A stretch of 64,000 nt of DNA from a bacterium. GTDB taxonomy: Bacteria > Patescibacteriota > Dojkabacteria > JAKAPS01 > JAJZLI01. The stretch is from contig DAHXLB010000032.1 in NCBI GenBank assembly GCA_027371855.1, positions 10,844-74,843 on the forward strand, written 5' to 3'. Position 1 is the stretch's first letter. Each line of letters opens with the position of its first letter. The notes under the pieces are model-generated. The model saw only the letters and a program-made list of their open reading frames with translations, did no database searches and was not told the DNA's origin. Shown piece after piece: positions 36,185 to 45,590 of this stretch. A program made the position numbers and the translations under genes.

Positions 36185-37672
36185 ATGGCAAGTCTAGATT
36201 TAGAAGACCAGATAATAAGGAAAACTCTTGAGTTTTATAATCCTTGGTGGAAAAATAAAAACTCCTCACTAAATACTCCGCTGTTTAGAAGATTTGTATA
36301 TGACGATATATTTACAAGTGTTACCTCATTAAGGCAGATAGTATCAATCACCGGACCAAGAAGAGTAGGGAAAACTACGATTATAAAACAACTTGTTTCT
36401 GATCTTGTAATTATTGAAAATGTCTCACCTTTGAATATAGTTTATCTTTCAATGGATGATCCTTACATATTTTCAAAAAGAGGAGATCCCATATTTTTTG
36501 ATAAAATACTTTCAATTTATGAGAAATACTATCTTTTAAAAAAGATAACAGATGGGGCAACACAGATCTCTGATAAAGAAAAAGTTTATTTTTTAATAGA
36601 CGAAATTCATAAATTTGAGGACTGGGAACTTTTTTTAAAGAAGTATTATGATAACGGATCCAGATCCAATAGATATAATATAAAATTTATAATATCAGGA
36701 TCTGTTTCTTCTTCAATAGTATCAAAAAGTAAAGAATCTTTGGCTGGTAGAATAAAAAATTTTAAAATATACCCATTTTCTTTTTCTGAATTTGTATCAT
36801 TTAAAATATCTTTTGATGATACTCTAGATATTGAGGTTAAAGAACAAATTTCAAAAAACCTTGTTTTGATACAAAAGTTTGGAGAAACTTTATTTAACCT
36901 ACCATCATCTCAAATTTTAGATACATTTGAAAGAGTATCTCTGGCACTAGGCTTATTTTCCGATGAACTTTATATTCTATTTGAACAATATCTTATCATA
37001 GGAGGATTTATAGAAGGGTGGGAAATTGGTGATACTGCACTACAATATGAATATTTATATCAGACACAAATTGAAAAAGTATTGTTGGAGGATATCTACA
37101 TTCTAGAGGATATAAAAAATACATCATCTTTAGCAAATTTATTTTTTCTTTTTGCATCCATGCCTTCAGAAGAATACTCTCTAAACGAGCTTGTAAGAGA
37201 AACTGGTCTTCATAGAGAAACATTGGAAAGATATATATCTCTCCTTAGAGAATCTAACTTAATATTAACTCTTTCAAAATATGGTGCAAACATAAATAAG
37301 GTATCAAATATAAAAGTATTTTTAATTGATATGGGAATAAGGAATAGTATCTTAAAGATAAAACTTGAAGAAATACTATCAAATCCAGATCTTTTTGATA
37401 AATATCTTGAGAATATTGTTCTTCTTTCTATGTTGCAAAAATCTGATGCTGTGTCTATAGAATATTTTAGAGATAGAGAAAAGGAAGTAGACTTTATCCT
37501 TTCATATTCTGTGGATAAAATAGGTATTAATGTAAAATATAAAAGAGCTTTTTTAACTCTTTCAAAAAAATTTGGATTTTCTAAACAAATAATTCTTACA
37601 AAAGATTTTGAACCTACAATAAAAGATGGTGTTTTGTATTTACCATACATACTATTCATTCTTGCCTTATAA
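36185..37672 (+). CDS. AAA+ ATPase, AAA_14/DUF4143 family
   Basis: NPWW, GPRRVGKTT, IDEIH, ISGS, ESLAGR, YPFSFSEF, D-x-GIRN, EVDF. Confidence 0.9.
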   Translation: MASLDLEDQIIRKTLEFYNPWWKNKNSSLNTPLFRRFVYDDIFTSVTSLRQIVSITGPRRVGKTTIIKQLVSDLVIIENVSPLNIVYLSMDDPYIFSKRGDPIFFDKILSIYEKYYLLKKITDGATQISDKEKVYFLIDEIHKFEDWELFLKKYYDNGSRSNRYNIKFIISGSVSSSIVSKSKESLAGRIKNFKIYPFSFSEFVSFKISFDDTLDIEVKEQISKNLVLIQKFGETLFNLPSSQILDTFERVSLALGLFSDELYILFEQYLIIGGFIEGWEIGDTALQYEYLYQTQIEKVLLEDIYILEDIKNTSSLANLFFLFASMPSEEYSLNELVRETGLHRETLERYISLLRESNLILTLSKYGANINKVSNIKVFLIDMGIRNSILKIKLEEILSNPDLFDKYLENIVLLSMLQKSDAVSIEYFRDREKEVDFILSYSVDKIGINVKYKRAFLTLSKKFGFSKQIILTKDFEPTIKDGVLYLPYILFILAL

Positions 37673-37756
37673 AAAATAATTAATAAGACTGCTATTGTAT
37701 TTTTCTTATTCATCATGAATAATGGAGTTAGTCATTATTAGTGGTGGGGTTGTTCT

Positions 37757-40700
37757 ATGAATATAAAAAAATTTTTTTCATATATAAATATACAAAGTAC
37801 TCTAAAAAAAAGGGTTTCAATATCAAAATGGGAAATGAATTTTATTATATTGGTAGCTATTATATTAGGAATGGTTTTTGGAGTATATATAACTTTATCA
37901 GGTTTGCTACCAAAAGCTTTTGCTACATCTCAGGGGGCTGTAACATATAATACTTCAAGTCAATTCCAAACAGGGACTTTATCTCAAACACAGATTGTAG
38001 GATCTGGAACTCCTTCAAGTATTGAACTTGCTGGTGGAAGTGCAGGTCCAGATGGAACACAGTATTATATCCCAATAACAATAAACAATACTGGAAATTC
38101 GAATACACTTACCAACTATCAAGTACTAGTTACTGTTAACACGGCATCCCTTATAACAGCTGGAAAATTACAATCTGACTGTAGAGATCTCAGGTTCAGA
38201 GATTCCAATCAGACAACAAATCTTACTAATTATTGGATTGAGAATTGTAACAATACTGGAACAAAAATATGGGTACAAGTTCCTTCCATCCCGGCATCTT
38301 CTACAAAAACTATTTATATGTATTATGGGGGACCATCAACAGACGTAGCTCAATCTTCAATAACCAATACTTTTTTGGGTGAAATATCGGGATTAATAGG
38401 TGATTGGCCTATGAATGAATCTTCTGGGCAGATAATAAATGATTATTCTGGTAACTCAAATACAGGGACTGCGTATGGTACAACCGTAGTTACAGGTAAA
38501 TTTGGGAATGCGAGAAGCCTTAATGGTGGTAGTAGTGACTATATTGAAGCGCCTATAGGGACCTATTTTGGAGGGAATAATCCTCTTACTGCCAGTGCAT
38601 GGGTCGATGTTACTTCAACTACTAATGGCCCAATAGTTGGAATTACAGCTTCTGACCCTCCTGGTAATTGGAATATGCCATTTTTAAGCATTAATGGCAC
38701 TACAATCTATGGGTGGCTTTGGCAGGTTAACGGAAATATACCTTTGAGTTACACTACAACAACTGGTTGGCATTATTTAACTATTACATATACCCCAAGT
38801 GGCGGTGGAGAGGAAATTTTATATGTGGACGGAGTTGCTGTTGCCAGTGGAACAGGGCAATATTCGCCATCGGGTATCTATGATTATTGGTCAACATATA
38901 TTCCTGGGGCAAGGCCAAATGGGGTTAATGCATATTTAACTGGAATAATTGAAGATGTAAGTGTTTACTCACAAGTACTTTCTCAGACACAAATATCTAA
39001 TATTTATAACAATTATGGCTATGCCACTTTAAATTATCCGGGATATATACTTGTTCGTCAATACTCTTCTCCAGAACCTACGATAACCCTTGGAAGTGAG
39101 ACACCAACGCTAGCTTCCTCCGGATCATGGACTTCCCCTTTGGGGAGCAGTGTAATAAATACGATATGGAATGGGGGATGGGGAGATGGCTCTACTTCAA
39201 CTTCGACTGCATTTTCTGCTACAGTAGGATCTGTAGCAAGTGGTCAAACAATAACATTCCAGATAAGATCAGCTTCTACAGTATCTGCATTATCTTCAGC
39301 TTCATATTACACGCTTGGTACGGTATCTTCCGGAACCACGTTCTCAGCCACAATGTCACAATTAGATTCTTTAGGTGTACCTGCAGATCAGTATGTACAA
39401 GTTAATATAGAATTTTCTCAAAATACGGGAGTGACTCCAACGCTATCCAGCTTTACTGTCTATTATGCTCAAGATAATACTCCTCCTTCCCCGAATGCAT
39501 CGGCTATAGTTATGTCTACGTCTCCAAGCGGTGGATACAATATAGCATCTGGAGGTTGGGATAATTCTGCAGGACCATACTTTTCATGGACACCAGGAGC
39601 AGATTCTCAATCTGGGATGAAAGGATATTGTCTGTATCTTGGGACTGATCCTAGTGGGAATCCATCTATTACAGAGGGACTTTTAGGGACTTCTCCTTTA
39701 TCAACTACAGGCAATACTTGTCAATTCATAATATCTAGTTCATATATAGATCTCTCTTCGAGTGCATATCAAGGGTCTACCTGGTTAACATCATCTAACT
39801 CTCCATACTATTTTAGTATATCGGCAATAGATAACAACAATAATGTAGACACTACTCCAGTAACATTTAGTTTTTACTACGAGGGAACTCCTCCAGTAAA
39901 TGTTTCATATATTTCATGTGCAGGAGGAAATTTTTCTAATATTCAAAATATGACATTCTCTTGGCCTACGACCGGGTCTAATGCATCCTCAGATTCGTAC
40001 TCTGGAGTATTGGGGTGGCAGTATCAGATAAACTCATCTACGGGGGCTTGGGAGGGTACAACTACAGATAGTATAATAGGTGGTATTCCATATATACCTA
40101 CAAGTCAATCATCGATGAGCCTTCCAACTTCAGATAGTTCTAATATTGTTATTGGATCCAATGTCATATATTTTAGAACCGTGAGTATTGCTGGAGGTGT
40201 GTCAACACCATCTACGTATCGTACGTGTAGTATAAATTATGGGGGTGCTGCACCAACATTTACTACTAACATTGGTGTTACAATAAACCCTACAACTAGT
40301 ACAACAAACTACTTTTCTTTATCATGGTCAGGGGCTACTGCAGCAACGGGAAAGAGTGTTGCTGGTTACTACTATATGATAAATACTGTGCCTCCTCAGA
40401 CCTTAGCTACCATGCAGAGCAACCCTGGGGAGTATATAAATAACGGAAATAGCACCAATGTATCCTCTACATCTTTTGCAAATGTGAGAAGAGGAGTAAA
40501 TACAGTATATGTTGTGGCAATAGATAATTCTTCGCCACCCGACTATTCTCCTTCAAACTATATATCTGGTACTTTTACACTAAATTCAACTAATCCTGAT
40601 CCGGTTGGTAATCTAATAGCTACAGATTCATCAATTAAAGCTCAGCAAAAGTGGAATGTCACTCTTACTTGGATTGCTCCAGTGTATCAGGGAGCTGGTA

Positions 40701-42121
40701 ATCTACAATATCTAATTTACAGGTCTTCTAATAATGTGGATTTTACAGAAGTGGGATCGACCTTGGGTTTATCATATGTTGATAATACGCCTCAATCAGC
40801 GTTGTATTATTACTATGTGATTGCCGAGGATGGAGCGGGAGCATTCTCATCAGATTCTTACACAGTATCAATAACCCCAACAGGGAGATACACGACTCCT
40901 CCAATATTAGAAGCAGGACCAAATGTGTCAAATCTAACTGATCAATCTGCAACAATTTCTTGGTCTACCAATAGAGATGGTGATTCCAAGATACAATATG
41001 GCCTGTCTCCTACAAATTTTTATCAAACAGAACCTTCGGTTCCTACTCAAGTAACTTATCATAGTATAACCCTAACAAGTCTATCTCCCGGTACTACATA
41101 CTATTATAAAGCTTTATGGACAGATACTGATGGAAACACTGGTACTTCCTATGAATCTTCATTTACCACTAGTCCTCCGCCTCAGGTTAGTAATGTTCAT
41201 GTCACAAATGTATCTTTATATAGTGGGTATGTTACGTTCAGTATATCAAATGCCGTACAAGCAACTATTGAATACGGACCTACAACTTCATATGGAGGTA
41301 CTGTGAGTGTTGCAACATCTCCTACAACCAGTACATATTCTGTACCTATAACAAATTTATCATCCGGAACTTCATATAACTATAGAATAGTTATGCAGGA
41401 TTCAAGTGGAAATGTATTCTACAGTGATAATTATGCAGACTTAGTGACATTGCCGGCCCCAAAGATAACCAATGTTAGCTTGGCACAGGTTTCAGATACA
41501 GTGATTCCAACAGTAATGGTAACTTGGAATTCAAATACTCCAGTATCATCAATTATTACATATTGGCCATCAGGAAATACTTCTCAAACTCAAAATAAAA
41601 TTAATATTACATTGCAAAGTGGAGCTCATCAGATGTTTTTACAGGGCTTAAATTCAAAAACAACATACAATCTAATTGTCAAAGGTGTTGATAAGATGGG
41701 GAATCAAGCATCTTCATATACTCAAACATTTACCACAGCTACAAATACTATGCCGCCACTAATAACGGGTTTAAATGTTCAAGGAGAAGTTTCGCAGTCA
41801 TCATCATCCAATGACCAACTTGTTGTTTCGTGGACTACAGACACGCCATCGACATCTCAAGTAGAGTTTGGGGTTGGTGCTGGATCATCCTATTCTCAAA
41901 AGACTCAAGAATCTACTCGTTCAGTATTAAACCACTTAGTTGTAATATCAAATCTTATTCCTTCTCAGGTTTACCATCTAAAAGCTATATCTGTTGATCA
42001 ATCTGGTAATAGAGGATACTCTATAGATACTGTAACAATTACACCTAAGGCAGCTCAAAGTGCCTTGACACTTGTTGTATCAAATCTGGGTCAGGCCTTC
42101 GGATTTTTAGGAGGATTATAA
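37757..42121 (+). CDS. large cell-surface protein: N-terminal TM/signal, DUF2341, LamG-like, Ig/fibronectin type III repeats
   Basis: LTNYQV...DLRF...YWIE...KIWVQVPSIP (DUF2341); WPMNE...GWHYLTITY...LYVDG (LamG); ISWSTN...QYG...H-x-ITL-x2-L-x-PGTTYYY (Fn3). Confidence 0.85.
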   Translation: MNIKKFFSYINIQSTLKKRVSISKWEMNFIILVAIILGMVFGVYITLSGLLPKAFATSQGAVTYNTSSQFQTGTLSQTQIVGSGTPSSIELAGGSAGPDGTQYYIPITINNTGNSNTLTNYQVLVTVNTASLITAGKLQSDCRDLRFRDSNQTTNLTNYWIENCNNTGTKIWVQVPSIPASSTKTIYMYYGGPSTDVAQSSITNTFLGEISGLIGDWPMNESSGQIINDYSGNSNTGTAYGTTVVTGKFGNARSLNGGSSDYIEAPIGTYFGGNNPLTASAWVDVTSTTNGPIVGITASDPPGNWNMPFLSINGTTIYGWLWQVNGNIPLSYTTTTGWHYLTITYTPSGGGEEILYVDGVAVASGTGQYSPSGIYDYWSTYIPGARPNGVNAYLTGIIEDVSVYSQVLSQTQISNIYNNYGYATLNYPGYILVRQYSSPEPTITLGSETPTLASSGSWTSPLGSSVINTIWNGGWGDGSTSTSTAFSATVGSVASGQTITFQIRSASTVSALSSASYYTLGTVSSGTTFSATMSQLDSLGVPADQYVQVNIEFSQNTGVTPTLSSFTVYYAQDNTPPSPNASAIVMSTSPSGGYNIASGGWDNSAGPYFSWTPGADSQSGMKGYCLYLGTDPSGNPSITEGLLGTSPLSTTGNTCQFIISSSYIDLSSSAYQGSTWLTSSNSPYYFSISAIDNNNNVDTTPVTFSFYYEGTPPVNVSYISCAGGNFSNIQNMTFSWPTTGSNASSDSYSGVLGWQYQINSSTGAWEGTTTDSIIGGIPYIPTSQSSMSLPTSDSSNIVIGSNVIYFRTVSIAGGVSTPSTYRTCSINYGGAAPTFTTNIGVTINPTTSTTNYFSLSWSGATAATGKSVAGYYYMINTVPPQTLATMQSNPGEYINNGNSTNVSSTSFANVRRGVNTVYVVAIDNSSPPDYSPSNYISGTFTLNSTNPDPVGNLIATDSSIKAQQKWNVTLTWIAPVYQGAGNLQYLIYRSSNNVDFTEVGSTLGLSYVDNTPQSALYYYYVIAEDGAGAFSSDSYTVSITPTGRYTTPPILEAGPNVSNLTDQSATISWSTNRDGDSKIQYGLSPTNFYQTEPSVPTQVTYHSITLTSLSPGTTYYYKALWTDTDGNTGTSYESSFTTSPPPQVSNVHVTNVSLYSGYVTFSISNAVQATIEYGPTTSYGGTVSVATSPTTSTYSVPITNLSSGTSYNYRIVMQDSSGNVFYSDNYADLVTLPAPKITNVSLAQVSDTVIPTVMVTWNSNTPVSSIITYWPSGNTSQTQNKINITLQSGAHQMFLQGLNSKTTYNLIVKGVDKMGNQASSYTQTFTTATNTMPPLITGLNVQGEVSQSSSSNDQLVVSWTTDTPSTSQVEFGVGAGSSYSQKTQESTRSVLNHLVVISNLIPSQVYHLKAISVDQSGNRGYSIDTVTITPKAAQSALTLVVSNLGQAFGFLGGL

Positions 42122-44689
42122 ATGCAAAACAAAGAGTATATTATACGTGTTAAAAATATATCTAAAAGTTTTAATGTTTTAGAACAGGAGGTTTTTGTTT
42201 TAAAGAATATAAATTTTGAACTTTTTAAAGGTGAATTTGCAGTTATATTTGGCCCATCCGGATGTGGAAAATCTACTTTACTACATACGGTATTAGGATT
42301 AGAGGCCCCTACTTTTGGAGAAATTATTTTCCTTGATCAAAATCTATATAGTTTTGATTCTGAAGATAAAATATCAGAATTTAGGAAAATGAATATAGGC
42401 GTGGTTTACCAACAAGCAAATTGGATACAGTCATTGACCGTATTAGACAATATTATATTCCCCCTCCTACTCCTTGGTATTGATAAGGAAGATGCTTTAA
42501 AAAGAGGGATGGAAATTCTAAAAGATGTCCATATGGAAGAGTGGGCAAATTATAAACCAACAGAATTGTCTTCTGGACAACAGCAAAAAATAGCCTTAGT
42601 TAGAGCAATAATTACAGACCCAGAGGTTATTATCGCAGATGAGCCAACTGGAAATCTTGACTTTAAGGCAGGAGAAGAACTAATGGAACTTATGGGACTT
42701 CTAAATAAAAAAGGTAAGACCATAATTATGGTTACTCACGATTTAGAGTATGCAAAGTATGCAGGAGTCTCGATACATATGTTTGATGGAAATATAATTG
42801 GAATGTCCAGAGGAAGGGATCAATCGGAGGTAACAAAGAGTGTTAAATCAAAGAAAGGTACCGTTGATATAGAGAGTGATAAAAATGATAAATCTTCAAA
42901 AACAGAGGAAATATTTAACTTTCAAGGTTTGGATAAATCATATAGTGTTCAAAAGGAGGAATATAACTCCGTCATACTTAAGCCTATTATGGGACTTCTT
43001 ACTATGCTACTAAAAATAATAGTTATTCCTCTAAATCTTATCATAGGATTTATAAACATCATATTGAAGATTAAAAAATCTAAAACCAGACTTAATCATA
43101 TACGGGTAGATATAAGGAAATTTATTTATATCAATACTCAAATGACGCTCTCTCTTTTACTACTTTTCTTTTATATTATTGGAATTGGTATTAAAAAAAT
43201 ACTATCATTGAAATTTTTCCCTAGGTTCATTTCTTCTCCAATATACAATGTACTATCAAATATTTATAAGAAAACTACAAATATTTTTGATAGAAATAAA
43301 AATGGGGAAATTAGTAAACTTTCTCTAATATCTCTGTCAATGAGCAATTTGAAAGCAAAGAAGACAAGAACTTATGTAACTATTGGGGGAATGGTAGTTG
43401 GTATTGGAGCCATAGTATTTCTTGTGTCTTTAGGGTATGGACTTCAGAGGCTTGTTATATCGAGGGTTGCTAAATTAAATCAATTAAAACAAGCAAATGT
43501 AACAACTCAGGTTGGAGGAAAAGAGCAGATCAATGATAAATCTATATATGATTTTAAAGCGATTCCTAATGTTACAGAAGTACTTCCTATAATATCTGTT
43601 GTTGGAGGAGTTAACTATAAAGGGTCAATTTCAAATATGGCAGTCTATGGAGTTACAAGTAATTATTTTAAAGCATCAAATATCCAACTTCTAGATGGTA
43701 AGTTTTTTTTGAGTACTCAGACAGTAAGAAATGTTAATCCTATTGTTATAACTACAAAACCAAGTACCCCTTTAGGAACTAATATACAGAATTCACCTAT
43801 AATTAACAATAAATCATCTCTACCTTTTGTTAATATCCCATCCCTTGCGGCGCCTATTCAAGGACAGGTAACCTCTAAAGTTATCATTCCTAAAAGTTTG
43901 CCTAAAGATATAGTAGTTAATCAGGCAATGCTTAGAGTGTTAGGGATCACAAATACTAAATCAGCTATAGGGGAAAAGATACAATCTTATTTTATTGCTA
44001 CCCCTAATCTTTTAACGAACTCTAATCAAAAATTAGAATCCACTCCAACTTTGTATACAATTGTTGGGGTAATCTCTGGGAATACCACTCCTCAGATTTA
44101 TGTACCTTTTATTAATCTTAGATCTATGGGCATAACTAATTATTCTGAAGCTATAGTAATAGTATCAAATACACAGGTTTTGGCTAAAGTTAGAAAACAG
44201 ATTGAATCTGCAGGTTTTACTACAAGTTCTGTGGCAGATACTGTATCTCAAATCAACGGTGTTTTTGGGACAGCACAGATTATTCTCGCATTATTTGGAT
44301 TTATTGCTCTTATGGTAGCAGCATTAGGAATGTTTAATACTTTGACAATATCACTTTTGGAGAGAACCAGAGAAGTGGGATTAATGAAGGCTATGGGAAT
44401 TCAATCTTCAGATATTAAGAATTTATTTCTTCTTGAATCAATGATTATTGCAGTATTTGGAGGAATATTAGGTCTTTTGGCAGGATTCCTTGCAGGAAAA
44501 CTCTTAGGACTTGTTCTTTCTATTATAGCTATCAATAAGGGACTAGGATATATAGATGTTTCATATATCCCTATTACCTTTATATTAGTTATTGTAATAA
44601 TATCTGTTATTATTGGTCTTATTACGGGTATTTATCCAGCTAGAAGAGCTACTAAAATATCTGCATTGAATGCGTTAAGATATGAGTAA
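42122..44689 (+). CDS. MacB-type ABC transporter (NBD + MacB/FtsX permease fusion)
   Basis: GPSGCGKST, LSSGQQQ, ADEPTGNLD, MVTHD; TM1, large external domain, ERTREVGLMKAMG, YPARRA...ALRYE. Confidence 0.92.
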   Translation: MQNKEYIIRVKNISKSFNVLEQEVFVLKNINFELFKGEFAVIFGPSGCGKSTLLHTVLGLEAPTFGEIIFLDQNLYSFDSEDKISEFRKMNIGVVYQQANWIQSLTVLDNIIFPLLLLGIDKEDALKRGMEILKDVHMEEWANYKPTELSSGQQQKIALVRAIITDPEVIIADEPTGNLDFKAGEELMELMGLLNKKGKTIIMVTHDLEYAKYAGVSIHMFDGNIIGMSRGRDQSEVTKSVKSKKGTVDIESDKNDKSSKTEEIFNFQGLDKSYSVQKEEYNSVILKPIMGLLTMLLKIIVIPLNLIIGFINIILKIKKSKTRLNHIRVDIRKFIYINTQMTLSLLLLFFYIIGIGIKKILSLKFFPRFISSPIYNVLSNIYKKTTNIFDRNKNGEISKLSLISLSMSNLKAKKTRTYVTIGGMVVGIGAIVFLVSLGYGLQRLVISRVAKLNQLKQANVTTQVGGKEQINDKSIYDFKAIPNVTEVLPIISVVGGVNYKGSISNMAVYGVTSNYFKASNIQLLDGKFFLSTQTVRNVNPIVITTKPSTPLGTNIQNSPIINNKSSLPFVNIPSLAAPIQGQVTSKVIIPKSLPKDIVVNQAMLRVLGITNTKSAIGEKIQSYFIATPNLLTNSNQKLESTPTLYTIVGVISGNTTPQIYVPFINLRSMGITNYSEAIVIVSNTQVLAKVRKQIESAGFTTSSVADTVSQINGVFGTAQIILALFGFIALMVAALGMFNTLTISLLERTREVGLMKAMGIQSSDIKNLFLLESMIIAVFGGILGLLAGFLAGKLLGLVLSIIAINKGLGYIDVSYIPITFILVIVIISVIIGLITGIYPARRATKISALNALRYE

Positions 44690-45550
44690 ATTATCTTTTT
44701 GTTCAAGTATAAAAATTTCATTTTTTTTTGTGAAAGCTAAAAAGAAAGGTTTTATAAGTTTTACTTGAGTTTTGTGTGAGAGTAGCGATTTTTTCTTTAT
44801 AATAATTTCTTCATCTTTAAGTTCAATATTTAGAAAATACCCTGTATCTTTAATTCTTCTTGGGATAGTGGCATATTTTTGATGGTTATTTAATCTGTAC
44901 TGTGGCCACCTCGGAAAATGTATAAGATAAGTTAGCTCTTTTACTTTGATACCCTCTTTTTCTATGGCTTTTTTTACAAACAAATAAGTATATGAATGGT
45001 CTTTATGGGTGTCTTTAAAGTTCGGATATATTATATATGTTGGGGTGTAAGACCTTATTATTTTGGACAAACTATTTAAAAGGTTTTCTCCGGTAAATTT
45101 ATCTTCATATTTATAGGAATTTCTATATGACACCTTATTTTCTTTTGTAGTTTTTGATGTAAAAGGGTTTTTGAAATTTGATCTATATAGGGATTCTAAT
45201 CCATCATCTGGAAATCCAAGAAATATAATATTATCCTTTTTAACTCCTAACTTAAGAAGTGCTATGGTACCCTCATTTTGTCTTAGCAAAGCAAAATTTT
45301 TATATGCATTTGGGGATAGTTTTCTTGTTAAATTACTTCTTTTTGCTGCTATTTTAAATCCATCACCATTGGTTATAAATACTACAATTACATTGCTGCC
45401 ATTTGATATTGCTCTTTGTATTATTCCTGCGGAAGAAAGACTTTCATCATCTGGATGAGGTGCTATTAAAAGAAGTGTATCTGTGCTTTTAAATATATTC
45501 TCTTCTTTTTTTATGATTATACAATAGTCACTATCAATATAATTTCTCAT
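44675..45550 (-). CDS. PIG-L family deacetylase
   Basis: APHPDDE, TNGD, R-x2-E, FLGFPD, DTHKDH, HKTQ. Confidence 0.9.
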   Translation of the reverse strand: MRNYIDSDYCIIIKKEENIFKSTDTLLLIAPHPDDESLSSAGIIQRAISNGSNVIVVFITNGDGFKIAAKRSNLTRKLSPNAYKNFALLRQNEGTIALLKLGVKKDNIIFLGFPDDGLESLYRSNFKNPFTSKTTKENKVSYRNSYKYEDKFTGENLLNSLSKIIRSYTPTYIIYPNFKDTHKDHSYTYLFVKKAIEKEGIKVKELTYLIHFPRWPQYRLNNHQKYATIPRRIKDTGYFLNIELKDEEIIIKKKSLLSHKTQVKLIKPFFLAFTKKNEIFILEQKDNLLIS

Positions 45551-45590
45551 AGTAATTAATATTTATGGTAGATCATTTATATTTCCGGGT

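Noticed and set aside
36185-37672. AAA_14/DUF4143 ATPase as an anti-phage defence system
   Set aside because: Stand-alone gene of a widespread family with no partner nuclease, methylase or toxin gene adjacent; the sequence gives no support beyond family membership.
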